IMG/VR virus record: IMGVR_UViG_3300029705_000041 | Direction: 5' to 3' (one strand) | DNA: 64,000 bases | Source of the DNA: a virus | Lineage: Duplodnaviria; Caudoviricetes | Shown: in pieces, positions 38,915 through 49,391 of the stretch | Numbering within the stretch: the stretch's first letter is position 1 | Layout: every line of letters begins with the position of its first letter | Notes under the pieces: generated by a model | Told to the model about the DNA's origin: nothing | What the model saw: only the letters and a program-made list of their open reading frames with translations | Databases searched by the model: none | Made by a program: the position numbers and the translations under genes

Positions 38915-39103
38915 TCAACTAAAATCGTGTTTTACTTTGTTATACGATTCAATTATTTTATCTAACCTTGCGGATTTCTTAAAAACCCAATATCTCTTGC
39001 TACTTAAAGTGTTTATTTTTGAAGCATAACACTTTTCGCCAAAGGCTGAAATATAGTGGAATAATTTTAATGAATAACAATAAAAATTATCTTTGTTTTC
39101 CAT
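38915..39103 (-). CDS. Small phage protein (DUF5659-like)
   Basis: FYCYS.KL...YWVF.KS..L motif; RBS. Confidence 0.6.
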   Translation of the reverse strand: MENKDNFYCYSLKLFHYISAFGEKCYASKINTLSSKRYWVFKKSARLDKIIESYNKVKHDFS

Positions 39104-39121
39104 TTTAAATCACCTAATATT

Positions 39122-39156
39122 AAAAAAGTAGGGTATAGATAACTCTACACCCTACA
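39122..39156 (-). terminator. Intrinsic terminator after the major capsid gene
   Basis: GTAGGGT..TAGA / TCTA..ACCCTAC stem followed by a T-run on the minus strand. Confidence 0.6.
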
Positions 39157-39173
39157 TTTCAATATAACAAAAA

Positions 39174-40280
39174 TTATTCGCTTAATCCACCAACATTGGT
39201 ATCATAAATTGTACCAATCTTGTATTCCTGTCCTTTAGCAACGTCAACGCCGATTTCAAGGTCGAAACGTGTTTCAATCTTACCATTCTTAACGTTGTTT
39301 CCAGTGAATGATGTTAAACCACCACGTGAATATGTAGCAATAGGAGACTGTGCGCCGGCAGGGATGATGAAACCAAGACCAGCAGGAAGCAATGTCTTAA
39401 AGTTTGAACCATCTTCTGTCAAATTATATAAATCATATGGATTTGGCATTTCTGAAAGAATAGCACCATTGTACATAGAAAGAGAACCATTCTGTGCAAT
39501 TTCATTCATAGCCTTTTCTGAAATACCTGTAATTGTATTAGTGTTGATTGAACCAACATAACCAGCCCAAGGTGTGAACTGTGAAATTAAAGCATAATCA
39601 GCAACAACTGTAGGTTTACCAAAACGTCTAATCTGTGTAAGAGCGTTATCCATAGCTGTCTTTGTTAAACCAGCTTCTTCAACCATGTACTTAACACCTG
39701 TTGCAGCTTCGATTGCCTTATAAACACGATTAACAACTGCAAGTAAAGCACGGTTGCGAATATCAGTTTTAACCTGATTCATTCCCTCGTTTTCCTTAGA
39801 CATATCACCAAGTGCAACTCTACGATAATCTACAGCATAACCACCAGATACAGTGAATGTAGAAACCGGATAAGTTTCTTTAGTGATAACAGGGAATACA
39901 ACGTCACCGTTTGCAGCCTGTTCACGTGAACGTTCACCGCTGTGTGTGTAAATTTCACGTTCAATTGTTTCATCATAACCTACAGGAGTATATGTACCGA
40001 AAATACCAAGTAATTTCATTTCCTGCATAACAGGTGTTTCGATTACGAAACGTCTCAATGTGTTAAGTTCTGCTACAGCATTGAAATCGCCATTTTCTGC
40101 ACGAACACCTAAGTCTTTAATATAATTTACTGCTTTATCAGCCTTTGCTCCGAATTTTGAAAGTTCTTCACCATTTACCATAGCAGAGAAAATTTCAACA
40201 ACAGGAGACTGCTTCGAGAACTTGCCACTGAAAACATCAGCATCTTTACGCAAGTTATTTAATTCATATGTAGTATTCAT
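39174..40280 (-). CDS. Major capsid protein
   Basis: 368 aa, highly biased codon use, follows scaffold and decoration genes in SPbeta-like order. Confidence 0.8.
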   Translation of the reverse strand: MNTTYELNNLRKDADVFSGKFSKQSPVVEIFSAMVNGEELSKFGAKADKAVNYIKDLGVRAENGDFNAVAELNTLRRFVIETPVMQEMKLLGIFGTYTPVGYDETIEREIYTHSGERSREQAANGDVVFPVITKETYPVSTFTVSGGYAVDYRRVALGDMSKENEGMNQVKTDIRNRALLAVVNRVYKAIEAATGVKYMVEEAGLTKTAMDNALTQIRRFGKPTVVADYALISQFTPWAGYVGSINTNTITGISEKAMNEIAQNGSLSMYNGAILSEMPNPYDLYNLTEDGSNFKTLLPAGLGFIIPAGAQSPIATYSRGGLTSFTGNNVKNGKIETRFDLEIGVDVAKGQEYKIGTIYDTNVGGLSE

Positions 40281-40307
40281 TATAGTTTAGCCTTCCTTTC
40301 CTTAAAA

Positions 40308-40709
40308 TTACGCTACAACGACTTTAACCTTAATTGCTGCTTCTGTAAGAGTAACTTTATCAGTAACAACGAAATGTACACCAGCAGCTTCTCCAGCTTT
40401 TAAAGTTCCATCTTCTGCAACAACTAAAACGTCATCTTTGTTGAGTGCAGCAACTCCGCCTGTAACGTGTTTACCGTCAACAACTAACTTCTGACCTTCC
40501 CATGCTTTTACAAGATAACCATTAAGGTATTCTCCAGCAGGAATTGTAATATTTTCTCTATAAGAGTCATCGCCAACAATAGTATTAGAAACTAAGTAAA
40601 CATCGCCTTCGTCTGTGATGAAACTATAGTTAGCAACGTCTTTGTCTGATTTTAAAACCGGATTAATCTTTGCGACATCCAACATTCCAAGTGTTTCAAC
40701 TTTAATCAT
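40308..40709 (-). CDS. Capsid decoration/cement protein
   Basis: 133 aa, beta-rich, between scaffold and capsid genes. Confidence 0.6.
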   Translation of the reverse strand: MIKVETLGMLDVAKINPVLKSDKDVANYSFITDEGDVYLVSNTIVGDDSYRENITIPAGEYLNGYLVKAWEGQKLVVDGKHVTGGVAALNKDDVLVVAEDGTLKAGEAAGVHFVVTDKVTLTEAAIKVKVVVA

Positions 40710-40731
40710 TTAAAATATCCTCCTTTTAAAA

Positions 40732-41940
40732 TTAAAAAATATTTGTATCTTCTGTTGCAGGAACGGCAGTACCTACTTCACTGAAAATATCTTCAATATT
40801 AGATTTTGCCGAATTCTGTTCAGCAATTACTTGTGTTTCTGCTTCTTTTGCTTTCTTACCAATACCTTCCCAAATCTTATTTACAACAGAATTGATTTCA
40901 GATGTAATAGGTTCAGCATTAAAAGCATCAATTTCAGCTTGTGCATAAGCCTTTTCTTCATCAGAGAAAGATGCAATGGCAGAGTTAAGTTCATTTACTC
41001 TTTCAGCAGCTTTAGCCTTGCCAAGTTCCTCTCTAAGTTCTTCAAGTTCAGCATATAAGCCATCTAATTTTGCATATGTTTCTGAAAGTTCTTTCTGTGC
41101 TGCATCAAGAGCTTCCTGAATTTTTGCTGAATTAGCAATAGCTTCGTCTTTTTCGGCTGTAACAGTTGCTACCAACTCATTAGCTTCCGAAACCTTTGCA
41201 TTAGCTTCTGCGATTTTTGTTTCGCATTCTTCTTTGCATTTATTAATTTCCACTGTATGAGTAGACATTTCACTTACAGCCTGTGTAACAATAGATTTTA
41301 CTTCCATATCTGTCATTTCGTGTAGTTCCTCCTTACTATTTAGTTCCAAAATTTTTGCGGTTTGGTCTGCGGGTCTTATACCCAAAAGAGCGTAACCAGA
41401 ATGTTCAAAAACTGTTGGAATTCTGCCTTTATCTTTATAGCCATATTTGTATATGATGCCATCATTATCATCTGTTTTTAATATTTCAACACTTCCATTA
41501 GGAGCATCACCGTTGGCTAAATCTTCTTCTAACTTTTTAACAAAGTTGTTGTAACAAAGGGCATCAATTTCACCTTCACCTATGCAGACTTTTTTTGTAC
41601 CTTTTTCAGTTTCAATATCTTGAATATATCCTTTAGAAAAAGTTCCAATAACAACAGCGTTTTCAAATATAGGCAAACCATCTATAATTTCGGTTTCCCC
41701 ATGTCCGCATAATTCAGTTCTTTCTTCGTCAAGAAATTCACATCTTAAACTCATGCCTTTGATACTAGGCAGTGCTTTTTCACAGTATTCTTGAATCCAT
41801 GTGATTCCGTTCTCATTGAATTCAGTTCCCACTTCGTTTACTTCGTCAATGCACGAATCCGGAAAAATTTCGTACAAAATAGCCTTGAATTTCCTTCTGC
41901 CGTTTTTAGTCTTTCGACTTGAAATTTCAAACGTTTTCAT
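40732..41940 (-). CDS. Prohead protease/scaffold protein
   Basis: N-terminal protease-like domain (N.NG, HG, GSVEI) plus acidic coiled coil. Confidence 0.7.
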   Translation of the reverse strand: MKTFEISSRKTKNGRRKFKAILYEIFPDSCIDEVNEVGTEFNENGITWIQEYCEKALPSIKGMSLRCEFLDEERTELCGHGETEIIDGLPIFENAVVIGTFSKGYIQDIETEKGTKKVCIGEGEIDALCYNNFVKKLEEDLANGDAPNGSVEILKTDDNDGIIYKYGYKDKGRIPTVFEHSGYALLGIRPADQTAKILELNSKEELHEMTDMEVKSIVTQAVSEMSTHTVEINKCKEECETKIAEANAKVSEANELVATVTAEKDEAIANSAKIQEALDAAQKELSETYAKLDGLYAELEELREELGKAKAAERVNELNSAIASFSDEEKAYAQAEIDAFNAEPITSEINSVVNKIWEGIGKKAKEAETQVIAEQNSAKSNIEDIFSEVGTAVPATEDTNIF

Positions 41941-42018
41941 ACTTATTCACCGCCTTTCGTGGACTTTGTATATATAAAAAGAGAGTTATCAAAAGACAAC
42001 TCTCCATTTACCATAAAT

Positions 42019-43650
42019 TTATTTGTTATCACTTGGGCTTGGTAATGCGTTACCATTATTAGCCTTTGATTTTATTGTGTTTTCAGTTGGCTCGTCCGTT
42101 TCCGGTCTGCCAGGTTTAGCATCATCACTTGATAAGGTATATGATGTTTGATGAGGTTGGTATTTGTCATAAATGCCATCAGCTATTTCCTGGTCTAACA
42201 ATGCAAAGAATACTTCTGGAGCTATGCCACAAGCAGCACTCCACAGTGATAAACTACCACAGCCTTGTAAATATAATTCTTTTGCATAATTAACCATTTT
42301 TGTCTTATTAACATGAGTGATAGGCAAATATTTGCATTCCACCCAATTTGTGTTATCTTTGATAACATTAGCTGAAATACATTTATTTAATTCTGTTTCT
42401 ATTTGTTCTATCCATTGAAAAATTTGCGCACTTATCAACTCTAAGTTGCTTTCTTGGCTAGCATATGTTCCACTACCAACACCATTTAACAAAGAACCAG
42501 CAACGCCTAAACCTAGTGCAATTTTATCATTAAGATTTGATTCGTATTTATCATCAAATATATCTGTATTACTTGCATCAATTGAACTTATTTTTGTACC
42601 GGCGGCAACAGAGAAAAATGAAATTCCGCCTCTATTGTTTTTGTTCATTACTGCACCTTTAACGGCATTGTGTTGATTTTGTTGCTGTGCTTTTGTTAAA
42701 GCAGAAGTACCCTTATCTTTTCCTTCAGGAAAAGTCTGATAAACAATTCGATTATTAATTTCATCTAATATATTTCTTTTAGTTGATGTAAAATAATCTC
42801 CATATAAAATATCATTTATTGCAGCAAGAACCAATGGGCGTCCCCATTTTTCATCACGTTTACTTCTCACTTTATGTACAATTGTTTTTGTATTATCTAG
42901 CACAACCCAATTTCCATTTGAATTATCTTTATTATGGTATGCGTCTCTAATTTCTTTAGGATATTTACGTAATTTTTTTTCAACATCTTCACCATTTGCA
43001 TCTGTAAAATAATCTAAATTAAACGCTATAACATATGATGAATTTTTCATTCCAACTATTCTTGTATAATCAACTGGCAGAGATATTACACTTGCATTGA
43101 TGCCTAGTTCATTAATTTCTACAATTGTATTAACATCATAGTCTGTCATAGTTTTCTTATTAGATAAAGGTCTTGAAGTTGTTTCAAAATAATAAAACGC
43201 AATACCCTCTACCATACCTCTAAAGAGAGCATCACGCACAATTTCCTTATCTTTTATTAAATGCAATACGGATTCCATAAGATTTTTATTCTTTTTCTTT
43301 TTACTTGCATTTTTACCATGTGGAACAATAACTTTATCAAGTGTTGGCATAGCTGCCATGTAGTCAACTGTATTTGTATATGTTCCATTTGTTCCGTATA
43401 GTGTAAGAGATAATTTCCTTAATATATCATTACAATTGATTGGGTCTTTTACTAATTCAGCTAATTGTTCCGGCGAATATATATCGAATATATCTAAGCC
43501 AAAATAATAATTTGATAAAGCTTGTGAACTGTTTAAAGAACAAAACTCATTTGTTGTATTCTCTGCAACATTATTTACTTCCACTACCGGATTTTTAGGA
43601 GGACGCCCTCTCTTTTTAGGAGTAGTGGGAGCAGAAGTTTTTTCTGACAT
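42019..43650 (-). CDS. Portal protein
   Basis: ~543 aa, directly after the terminase; GRP...C-terminal GRP motif. Confidence 0.8.
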   Translation of the reverse strand: MSEKTSAPTTPKKRGRPPKNPVVEVNNVAENTTNEFCSLNSSQALSNYYFGLDIFDIYSPEQLAELVKDPINCNDILRKLSLTLYGTNGTYTNTVDYMAAMPTLDKVIVPHGKNASKKKKNKNLMESVLHLIKDKEIVRDALFRGMVEGIAFYYFETTSRPLSNKKTMTDYDVNTIVEINELGINASVISLPVDYTRIVGMKNSSYVIAFNLDYFTDANGEDVEKKLRKYPKEIRDAYHNKDNSNGNWVVLDNTKTIVHKVRSKRDEKWGRPLVLAAINDILYGDYFTSTKRNILDEINNRIVYQTFPEGKDKGTSALTKAQQQNQHNAVKGAVMNKNNRGGISFFSVAAGTKISSIDASNTDIFDDKYESNLNDKIALGLGVAGSLLNGVGSGTYASQESNLELISAQIFQWIEQIETELNKCISANVIKDNTNWVECKYLPITHVNKTKMVNYAKELYLQGCGSLSLWSAACGIAPEVFFALLDQEIADGIYDKYQPHQTSYTLSSDDAKPGRPETDEPTENTIKSKANNGNALPSPSDNK

Positions 43651-43664
43651 AATCATCCTCCTTT

Positions 43665-45524
43665 CTAATTTATAAATACAGTAAATTCATAATCATCATT
43701 TACGGAAACTAAATCTTTTTCAAGAGCGGATGCAAACCATGAACCATAAGAAATAGAAGTATATCTATCCTTACGATTATTACCTTGTTCTTTAATAATA
43801 ACAATTCCAGTTTGCTCTTTTTTCTCATACATTAAACTTGTTGTTTCACTTATGAATGCTTGTGTTTCCAAAAATGGTGATTCAAAGAAATTTTGAATAT
43901 CTGCATCTGGTGAATTAATGTAATCTTTATAATTTGGTAAAACTTCTTCACTTGCAGTTTCAAAACTTACAAGTAAATCAATTTGCTGTTCGTTTAATAC
44001 ACGTCTAAAATCCATAGCAATATCACTATTTAATTTCTGTGTTGCATTAATGACAAAAATACACGGATTAGCTCCTTCGATTTTAATTCTGTTTGCAACC
44101 GAATCATCGTTCATGCAGGATAGGGGAGTGTACTCTATATCTCTTTCATCATCATACATAATTCTTGCCAACATATCATAAATTGCAATACCAGCATTAC
44201 GTAAGTCTAATACTATATAATCTGCACCAAAATCTTCATATAATTGACGAATTCTTAATGCTTGCTTTCCAGTATCTCCACCTTGAACTGATTCAAGATA
44301 TGATACAATTCTACGATAACCATTATCAATTTTTACATCTGCTGATGATTCACGATTATATGTAGTACAATCTGGCAACAATCTTATACAACTGAATATA
44401 GAGTTATCGTTTTTCTTATTTTCAACGAAAGCCATATCACAAGAAACTATTCGGATTTCACCATTTTGCTTTAAAATGTCATATGGATTTTTTCTGTTAC
44501 TTTTAACATCAAATGATGACCTTGGATAAAAAGGTCTTTTGATTTTTTGATTTTGTTGTAACATACTATATGTAAAGAATGCGTGTTCATTTTCCTTAAC
44601 ACGTTCATTTAAAAACTCAATTCTCCACGTTAAGGGGTCTTGTTTTTTCTTCTCGGTCTGGAAATAACGCATTGATTTTATGTTGTGTTTTAATGCGATA
44701 GATTCGTCAAATGCTAATAAACAAGATGCTTTATTGTTCATCATATCATCATAAGCTTGGTCAACAATATCCCACATCCAATGTCCATTATCAAGCCAGC
44801 TAGAACTTATATAAATATCAACAGTTTCTTCTTGCAAATCTTTATTATTTGCATAAAACTCATCTTTCATATAAGGTGTTTGTCTAATAATCTGGAAAGG
44901 AGAAAGAATACTGTCATCAACACTTTTTTTGATTTGTCTAAATTCTTCTCTTACAATAACATTTGAACGATAACCACGACCATTTTCACTTGCAGGAACA
45001 ACGGTTATGGTGCTATGATTTCTAAAATATACAATTACTTCATTTTGGTTATCTTTTACTCTTAATATCTCTTTTCTTAATACCGGAGATAAATTCATTA
45101 ATTCTTTTTGAATTTTTTCAGATACAAGAAGTTTCGATTGTCCTTTTGTTGAAGAAGAAAGGACTATTAATGAGTTTGGATATAAAATACATCGGCAACA
45201 AGCATATAAAGCTATAACAAATGATTTTGCAGATGCACGACTGGCAATAACAACAATGAATTGATTTACACCCATTAAAAATAACATTATAATTTGATAT
45301 AGATGTAATTTAATTCCTAAATAATCCATTGCAAATCTATGTAAATTTCTTCTAAAAAACGTTACCCATTGTATGAAATGGTCTAAATTTTTTTCATTTC
45401 CGAGAAATGTATTTGAAGCAAATTTTTTATATAATTCACTTTGGCGTTCATCTGCATTGCGGTTTTTATAATGCTTATGACTTATATCATTCTTCATCGT
45501 CATACTCATTACTATCACCTTCAT
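43665..45524 (-). CDS. Terminase large subunit
   Basis: ASRASAKS Walker A, RGYRS..IVREEFR Walker B, nuclease CDMA..ND.S and KDRY. Confidence 0.9.
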   Translation of the reverse strand: MKVIVMSMTMKNDISHKHYKNRNADERQSELYKKFASNTFLGNEKNLDHFIQWVTFFRRNLHRFAMDYLGIKLHLYQIIMLFLMGVNQFIVVIASRASAKSFVIALYACCRCILYPNSLIVLSSSTKGQSKLLVSEKIQKELMNLSPVLRKEILRVKDNQNEVIVYFRNHSTITVVPASENGRGYRSNVIVREEFRQIKKSVDDSILSPFQIIRQTPYMKDEFYANNKDLQEETVDIYISSSWLDNGHWMWDIVDQAYDDMMNNKASCLLAFDESIALKHNIKSMRYFQTEKKKQDPLTWRIEFLNERVKENEHAFFTYSMLQQNQKIKRPFYPRSSFDVKSNRKNPYDILKQNGEIRIVSCDMAFVENKKNDNSIFSCIRLLPDCTTYNRESSADVKIDNGYRRIVSYLESVQGGDTGKQALRIRQLYEDFGADYIVLDLRNAGIAIYDMLARIMYDDERDIEYTPLSCMNDDSVANRIKIEGANPCIFVINATQKLNSDIAMDFRRVLNEQQIDLLVSFETASEEVLPNYKDYINSPDADIQNFFESPFLETQAFISETTSLMYEKKEQTGIVIIKEQGNNRKDRYTSISYGSWFASALEKDLVSVNDDYEFTVFIN

Positions 45525-46404
45525 CTTTTACAAAGAATTCATAATCTCTATCCTTTGTACCATGCATTAAATTCCGTAATGGTCTTAATAAAAATCTATC
45601 TAAATATTCGCCTAAATCATCGTGGTCTTTATACAACTGTTTGTTTTTATAGTATTCTGCCGGAGTATATTTTTCAATTGTTTCAGCATTTACTCCAATT
45701 GTAAATTCCTCATCAATATTAGCTTCACGAACAGTTTTTAATCCAGCTGTTGTAAATGATTTTCTATAAGTTTCTGTAAGCTTATTATAATCATCAACTC
45801 GTCCTTCTCGCACAGCTTTCATTTGCTGCATCTTTGTATAACATAAATCTGTAATGAATATTTCAGCATTACTATCACATTGTGGATTGGCACTCTTTAA
45901 GAATTTATAATGAGAATTTAAAACATCATAGTCTATAGCTGATAATCCGCCGCCCCAAGTATCAATATCTTTTGGGTCAATTTGAGGTTCATCACTATCC
46001 TCATCAGTTTCTTTAAGTGGAGTAGTTTTTTCTCCTGTAAAAAAGAAGCCTTCTTCTAAAGACGTATCGAAAGTACGTCCTTTATACTGTGCCATGTTTA
46101 ATTTCTTTATATAATTTCCGACTATAGCATTGTCATTGCCATTATCACATGAATTAAAAATAGACTCATTATAATATAAATCATAAGCCATACATATACG
46201 TTGCATAGCCTTTTTTGTACTGTGATATTCAAGTGCATATTCGTTGAATTTTCTATTCAAACACTTTTTACATATAGGCAAATGATTTGTTCTAGCATAG
46301 AAACTACTATAACTTTTATAAAATTCTGATAATGAATCGAAAGGTTCATCACATTGGCAGCAATTATACCTTAATGCATTATCAGTTGAATTGCTCTTAG
46401 GCAT
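45487..46404 (-). CDS. Putative terminase small subunit with N-terminal Zn finger
   Basis: CxxC..FYKS..PICKKC; overlaps the terminase start (YonG-like synteny). Confidence 0.6.
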   Translation of the reverse strand: MPKSNSTDNALRYNCCQCDEPFDSLSEFYKSYSSFYARTNHLPICKKCLNRKFNEYALEYHSTKKAMQRICMAYDLYYNESIFNSCDNGNDNAIVGNYIKKLNMAQYKGRTFDTSLEEGFFFTGEKTTPLKETDEDSDEPQIDPKDIDTWGGGLSAIDYDVLNSHYKFLKSANPQCDSNAEIFITDLCYTKMQQMKAVREGRVDDYNKLTETYRKSFTTAGLKTVREANIDEEFTIGVNAETIEKYTPAEYYKNKQLYKDHDDLGEYLDRFLLRPLRNLMHGTKDRDYEFFVKDEGDSNEYDDEE

Positions 46405-46445
46405 AAGCTACCTTCTTTCTCAACTAATATTATAATATCAACTAT

Positions 46446-46533
46446 TGGCGGAGAGCCTGGGACTCGAACCCAGAAACCGTTTCCGATTCGGCAGTTTTCA
46501 AGACTGCTGCCTTACCAATTAGGCTAACTCTCC
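46446..46533 (-). tRNA. tRNA-Ser(TGA)
   Basis: Cloverleaf, GCAGT-CT-TGA-AA-ACTGC, long variable arm, CCA. Confidence 0.95.
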
Positions 46534-46573
46534 ATACAGACCGCAAGACCGAAGTTCATTGCAGTACAAATTG

Positions 46574-46650
46574 TGGTTGCGGGAATGGGACTCGAACCCA
46601 TGACATCAAGCTTATGAGGCTTGCGAGCTAACCATCTGCTCTATCCCGCA
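46574..46650 (-). tRNA. tRNA-Met(CAT), atypical
   Basis: CAAGC-CT-CAT-AA-GCTTG, T-loop, CCA. Confidence 0.9.
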
Positions 46651-46698
46651 ATATAAAACCCTCTCCTTGCTAACAAATAGAAAGAGAGGGGGAATAAT

Positions 46699-47211
46699 TT
46701 ATTCAAATAAATATTTTAATATATCATTAACATTAAAAGCTATTCCAATAGGCTCGTTATTGTCATCAGTTACAATTTTTGCATTGTCAAAAATAACATC
46801 TAATAATTCACAATCATCTTCACAAGAACATTCCTCTAACTGTGTTTCACCTATATAAATTTCTCTGCATTTGCTACGTGGAATATCCTTTATGATTGTT
46901 GAACTTGCATTTCCATCAATCAACATAATATCCGGTTCAGCAGATAAATAACCTTTAACATTCCAAGCTGGCTCAACATCTAAAACTAAATCTTCACTAA
47001 GAGTAACATAATATTCTTTAGAATAACCGTTATATTCCATTTGAGCCACATCAATACCGCCAATTTCAATATCTTCATAAGACATTAAATCTCTCATAAG
47101 TCCAATAGTATCTTCTAAGAATAAAGTGGCAGTTATATTACAACCATCATTAGCTTTTTCATACATATATTTGCCAATTTCGGTATAATTATTAAAAAAT
47201 AATATCTCCAT
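46699..47211 (-). CDS. Acidic hypothetical protein
   Basis: ORF with RBS; Y.KEYYVTL motif. Confidence 0.7.
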   Translation of the reverse strand: MEILFFNNYTEIGKYMYEKANDGCNITATLFLEDTIGLMRDLMSYEDIEIGGIDVAQMEYNGYSKEYYVTLSEDLVLDVEPAWNVKGYLSAEPDIMLIDGNASSTIIKDIPRSKCREIYIGETQLEECSCEDDCELLDVIFDNAKIVTDDNNEPIGIAFNVNDILKYLFE

Positions 47212-47223
47212 TTAACATCTTCC

Positions 47224-47502
47224 TTACTTTTCGTTAATTGCATCTTTAATAGCTTTACTTACTTTGCATTTAACCGATTTTACAGCAGGAAATGTAACAA
47301 CTTCTCCGGACTTTGGATTTCTCCCACTACGTTCAGGACGTTCATTAACTTCAAAACTCATAAATCCTTTAAGAATTATTTTATCACCCTTAATTAATGA
47401 GTCTCTAATTTCCTCGGCAAATGTATCAATAACAGATTCACAAGATGCTTTAGATAAACCTGTTTTTTGAGAAATATTTGTAATTAATTCATTTTTACCC
47501 AT
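47224..47502 (-). CDS. hup: HU-family DNA-binding protein
   Basis: K.ELI..IS, G.MSFEV.ER.ER.GRNP.SGE; ATG47502 after GGAGTG. Confidence 0.93.
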   Translation of the reverse strand: MGKNELITNISQKTGLSKASCESVIDTFAEEIRDSLIKGDKIILKGFMSFEVNERPERSGRNPKSGEVVTFPAVKSVKCKVSKAIKDAINEK

Positions 47503-47527
47503 TTCTTTATTCACTCCATAATCTTAT

Positions 47528-48742
47528 TTATAATTCAATTGGATAACACGCTTTGACACCAGTATCATTTAACACAACCACCATTTGACTTGCATTACCA
47601 AAAATTCTTTTAGAAACACAATAATCGTCACCGGTTCCAGAAAAACTTCCACTTCTAATGATTTTTACTCCATAAATATCATCATAGCTACATTTATGCA
47701 TATGACCATAAAAAATAGCGGTTGGTTTATATCCAATCATCATAACTAACTTTGAAACGCCAGCCTGATTAAATGAATCCCAATCGCCATGAACAAGTAA
47801 ATATTCATTACCTCTAATTGTGATTTTTCCAATAGTGTCATCATAATTTTCGTTATCTACAAAAGTAATATTTTCTATATGTTGCAACGCAGCTTTCATA
47901 TACCACGGAATTAAATTATCAAGTCTATTTCCTCTTAAAACCTGGTCTTTATATGAAGTCCTGCTATGATTTCCCGCAACGCCATTTACAAATACATTTT
48001 TAAAATGTTTGCTTAATTCATAAATGAACGAAGAAAGAAGTTCAGCACACTTTTGTACTTGCGTTGTTAAATTTTCTCTATTCTCTAATTGTGTAGTGAA
48101 ATGAATTTCACCATTTATTAAATCTCCTAAAAAACCAACGTATGCGTTTTCGGAGTTATGTAATTTTTGAATTTCAATAATCTTTTCAAGATATTCTGAT
48201 AATCGTTGTGCAGCAATATCAGAATTATATTTTCCAAAATAATTATCATTTGATGAACCTAAATGAAAATCAGATATACAAATAAACAAATCATTGTCAG
48301 AATTATTTAACGGAGTAGGGTGCGGTGTTAAATAATTAAAAGCTCGTTCTTTTACTAATTTTTCTAAATATTCTAAATCATTTTCACAACGTGCTTGTTC
48401 TCTAAGTAATTTATTTAATCCTGTACGTTCATCATATAATTTTTGTTTTTCTTTTCGTATTTCTTGTTTTTCGGCTCTGATTTCTGCTAAATATGTATCA
48501 TCGTCATTACTGATAGCTTTTTTTGACTTAAAATACTCTGATACGAAAGCACCTCCAAAAATCGTTTGAGTGGCTTTACGCAAGGTATCATAATGAATAT
48601 CAAGTCCATACTTATCAATAATTTCTTGCCAATCCAAATCAATAACATGGTTGGCTTTTGCATAAGCATCAGATAAACATGATTCATATTGTTCCGGAGT
48701 CAAGCCATACTCTCGAATCTTTTCTTTTAAATCTTCAATCAT
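47528..48742 (-). CDS. Calcineurin-like metallophosphoesterase (YonJ-like)
   Basis: SDFHLG, GDLING, GNH, HGD, GHMH motifs. Confidence 0.88.
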   Translation of the reverse strand: MIEDLKEKIREYGLTPEQYESCLSDAYAKANHVIDLDWQEIIDKYGLDIHYDTLRKATQTIFGGAFVSEYFKSKKAISNDDDTYLAEIRAEKQEIRKEKQKLYDERTGLNKLLREQARCENDLEYLEKLVKERAFNYLTPHPTPLNNSDNDLFICISDFHLGSSNDNYFGKYNSDIAAQRLSEYLEKIIEIQKLHNSENAYVGFLGDLINGEIHFTTQLENRENLTTQVQKCAELLSSFIYELSKHFKNVFVNGVAGNHSRTSYKDQVLRGNRLDNLIPWYMKAALQHIENITFVDNENYDDTIGKITIRGNEYLLVHGDWDSFNQAGVSKLVMMIGYKPTAIFYGHMHKCSYDDIYGVKIIRSGSFSGTGDDYCVSKRIFGNASQMVVVLNDTGVKACYPIEL

Positions 48743-48768
48743 ATATTTACCTTTCTTGATACTAATTT

Positions 48769-49380
48769 TTATAGTATATCATCAAAGTTACAATCTTTTC
48801 CTACAATATGTGTAACAATATCATATTTCTTAGCTTCTTCGGAATACATATACCATTCTGTACGATATTTTTCTTCGTATGTTTTTGCATCTATTTTTGT
48901 GCGAGACAAAATATAATCTTTAGTATGCTGTTCCATTTGTCCAGTTTCAAATTCCATACGGTCTTTTAATTTACTCATAGAATCAAAAGCAAAAGAACTT
49001 CCGTCATGACACAGATATGTAGAACTTGGCATTCCGAATCTCTTTTCACCAGCTAAGAAAATTAAAAATCCCATAGAATAACACATGGCAAGATTAACTG
49101 TATAAACAGGAGTTTGACTTTGAATCATTGCATCAATAACTCCAAAACCATCGGTAACATTACCCCCAGGTGAGTTTAAATACAAAATAATAGGCTTTCT
49201 TTCTTCTCTTGGAATACCCTTATCCAATCTGTTATATCTTAAAATATGATATACTATACTATCAATAACTGCTTCATCAATTCCGCTGTTAATATATAAA
49301 TGTCTTTCTTCTAAATCCTCAATTTGAAATTTATCTTCATAGCAATAATTGTAATTTTCTTTCATCATTTCTCTTTCCAT
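48769..49380 (-). CDS. clpP: ClpP-family serine protease
   Basis: YLNSPGG, SMG catalytic Ser, catalytic His in LCHDG. Confidence 0.9.
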   Translation of the reverse strand: MEREMMKENYNYCYEDKFQIEDLEERHLYINSGIDEAVIDSIVYHILRYNRLDKGIPREERKPIILYLNSPGGNVTDGFGVIDAMIQSQTPVYTVNLAMCYSMGFLIFLAGEKRFGMPSSTYLCHDGSSFAFDSMSKLKDRMEFETGQMEQHTKDYILSRTKIDAKTYEEKYRTEWYMYSEEAKKYDIVTHIVGKDCNFDDIL

Positions 49381-49391
49381 AAAAAATCCTC

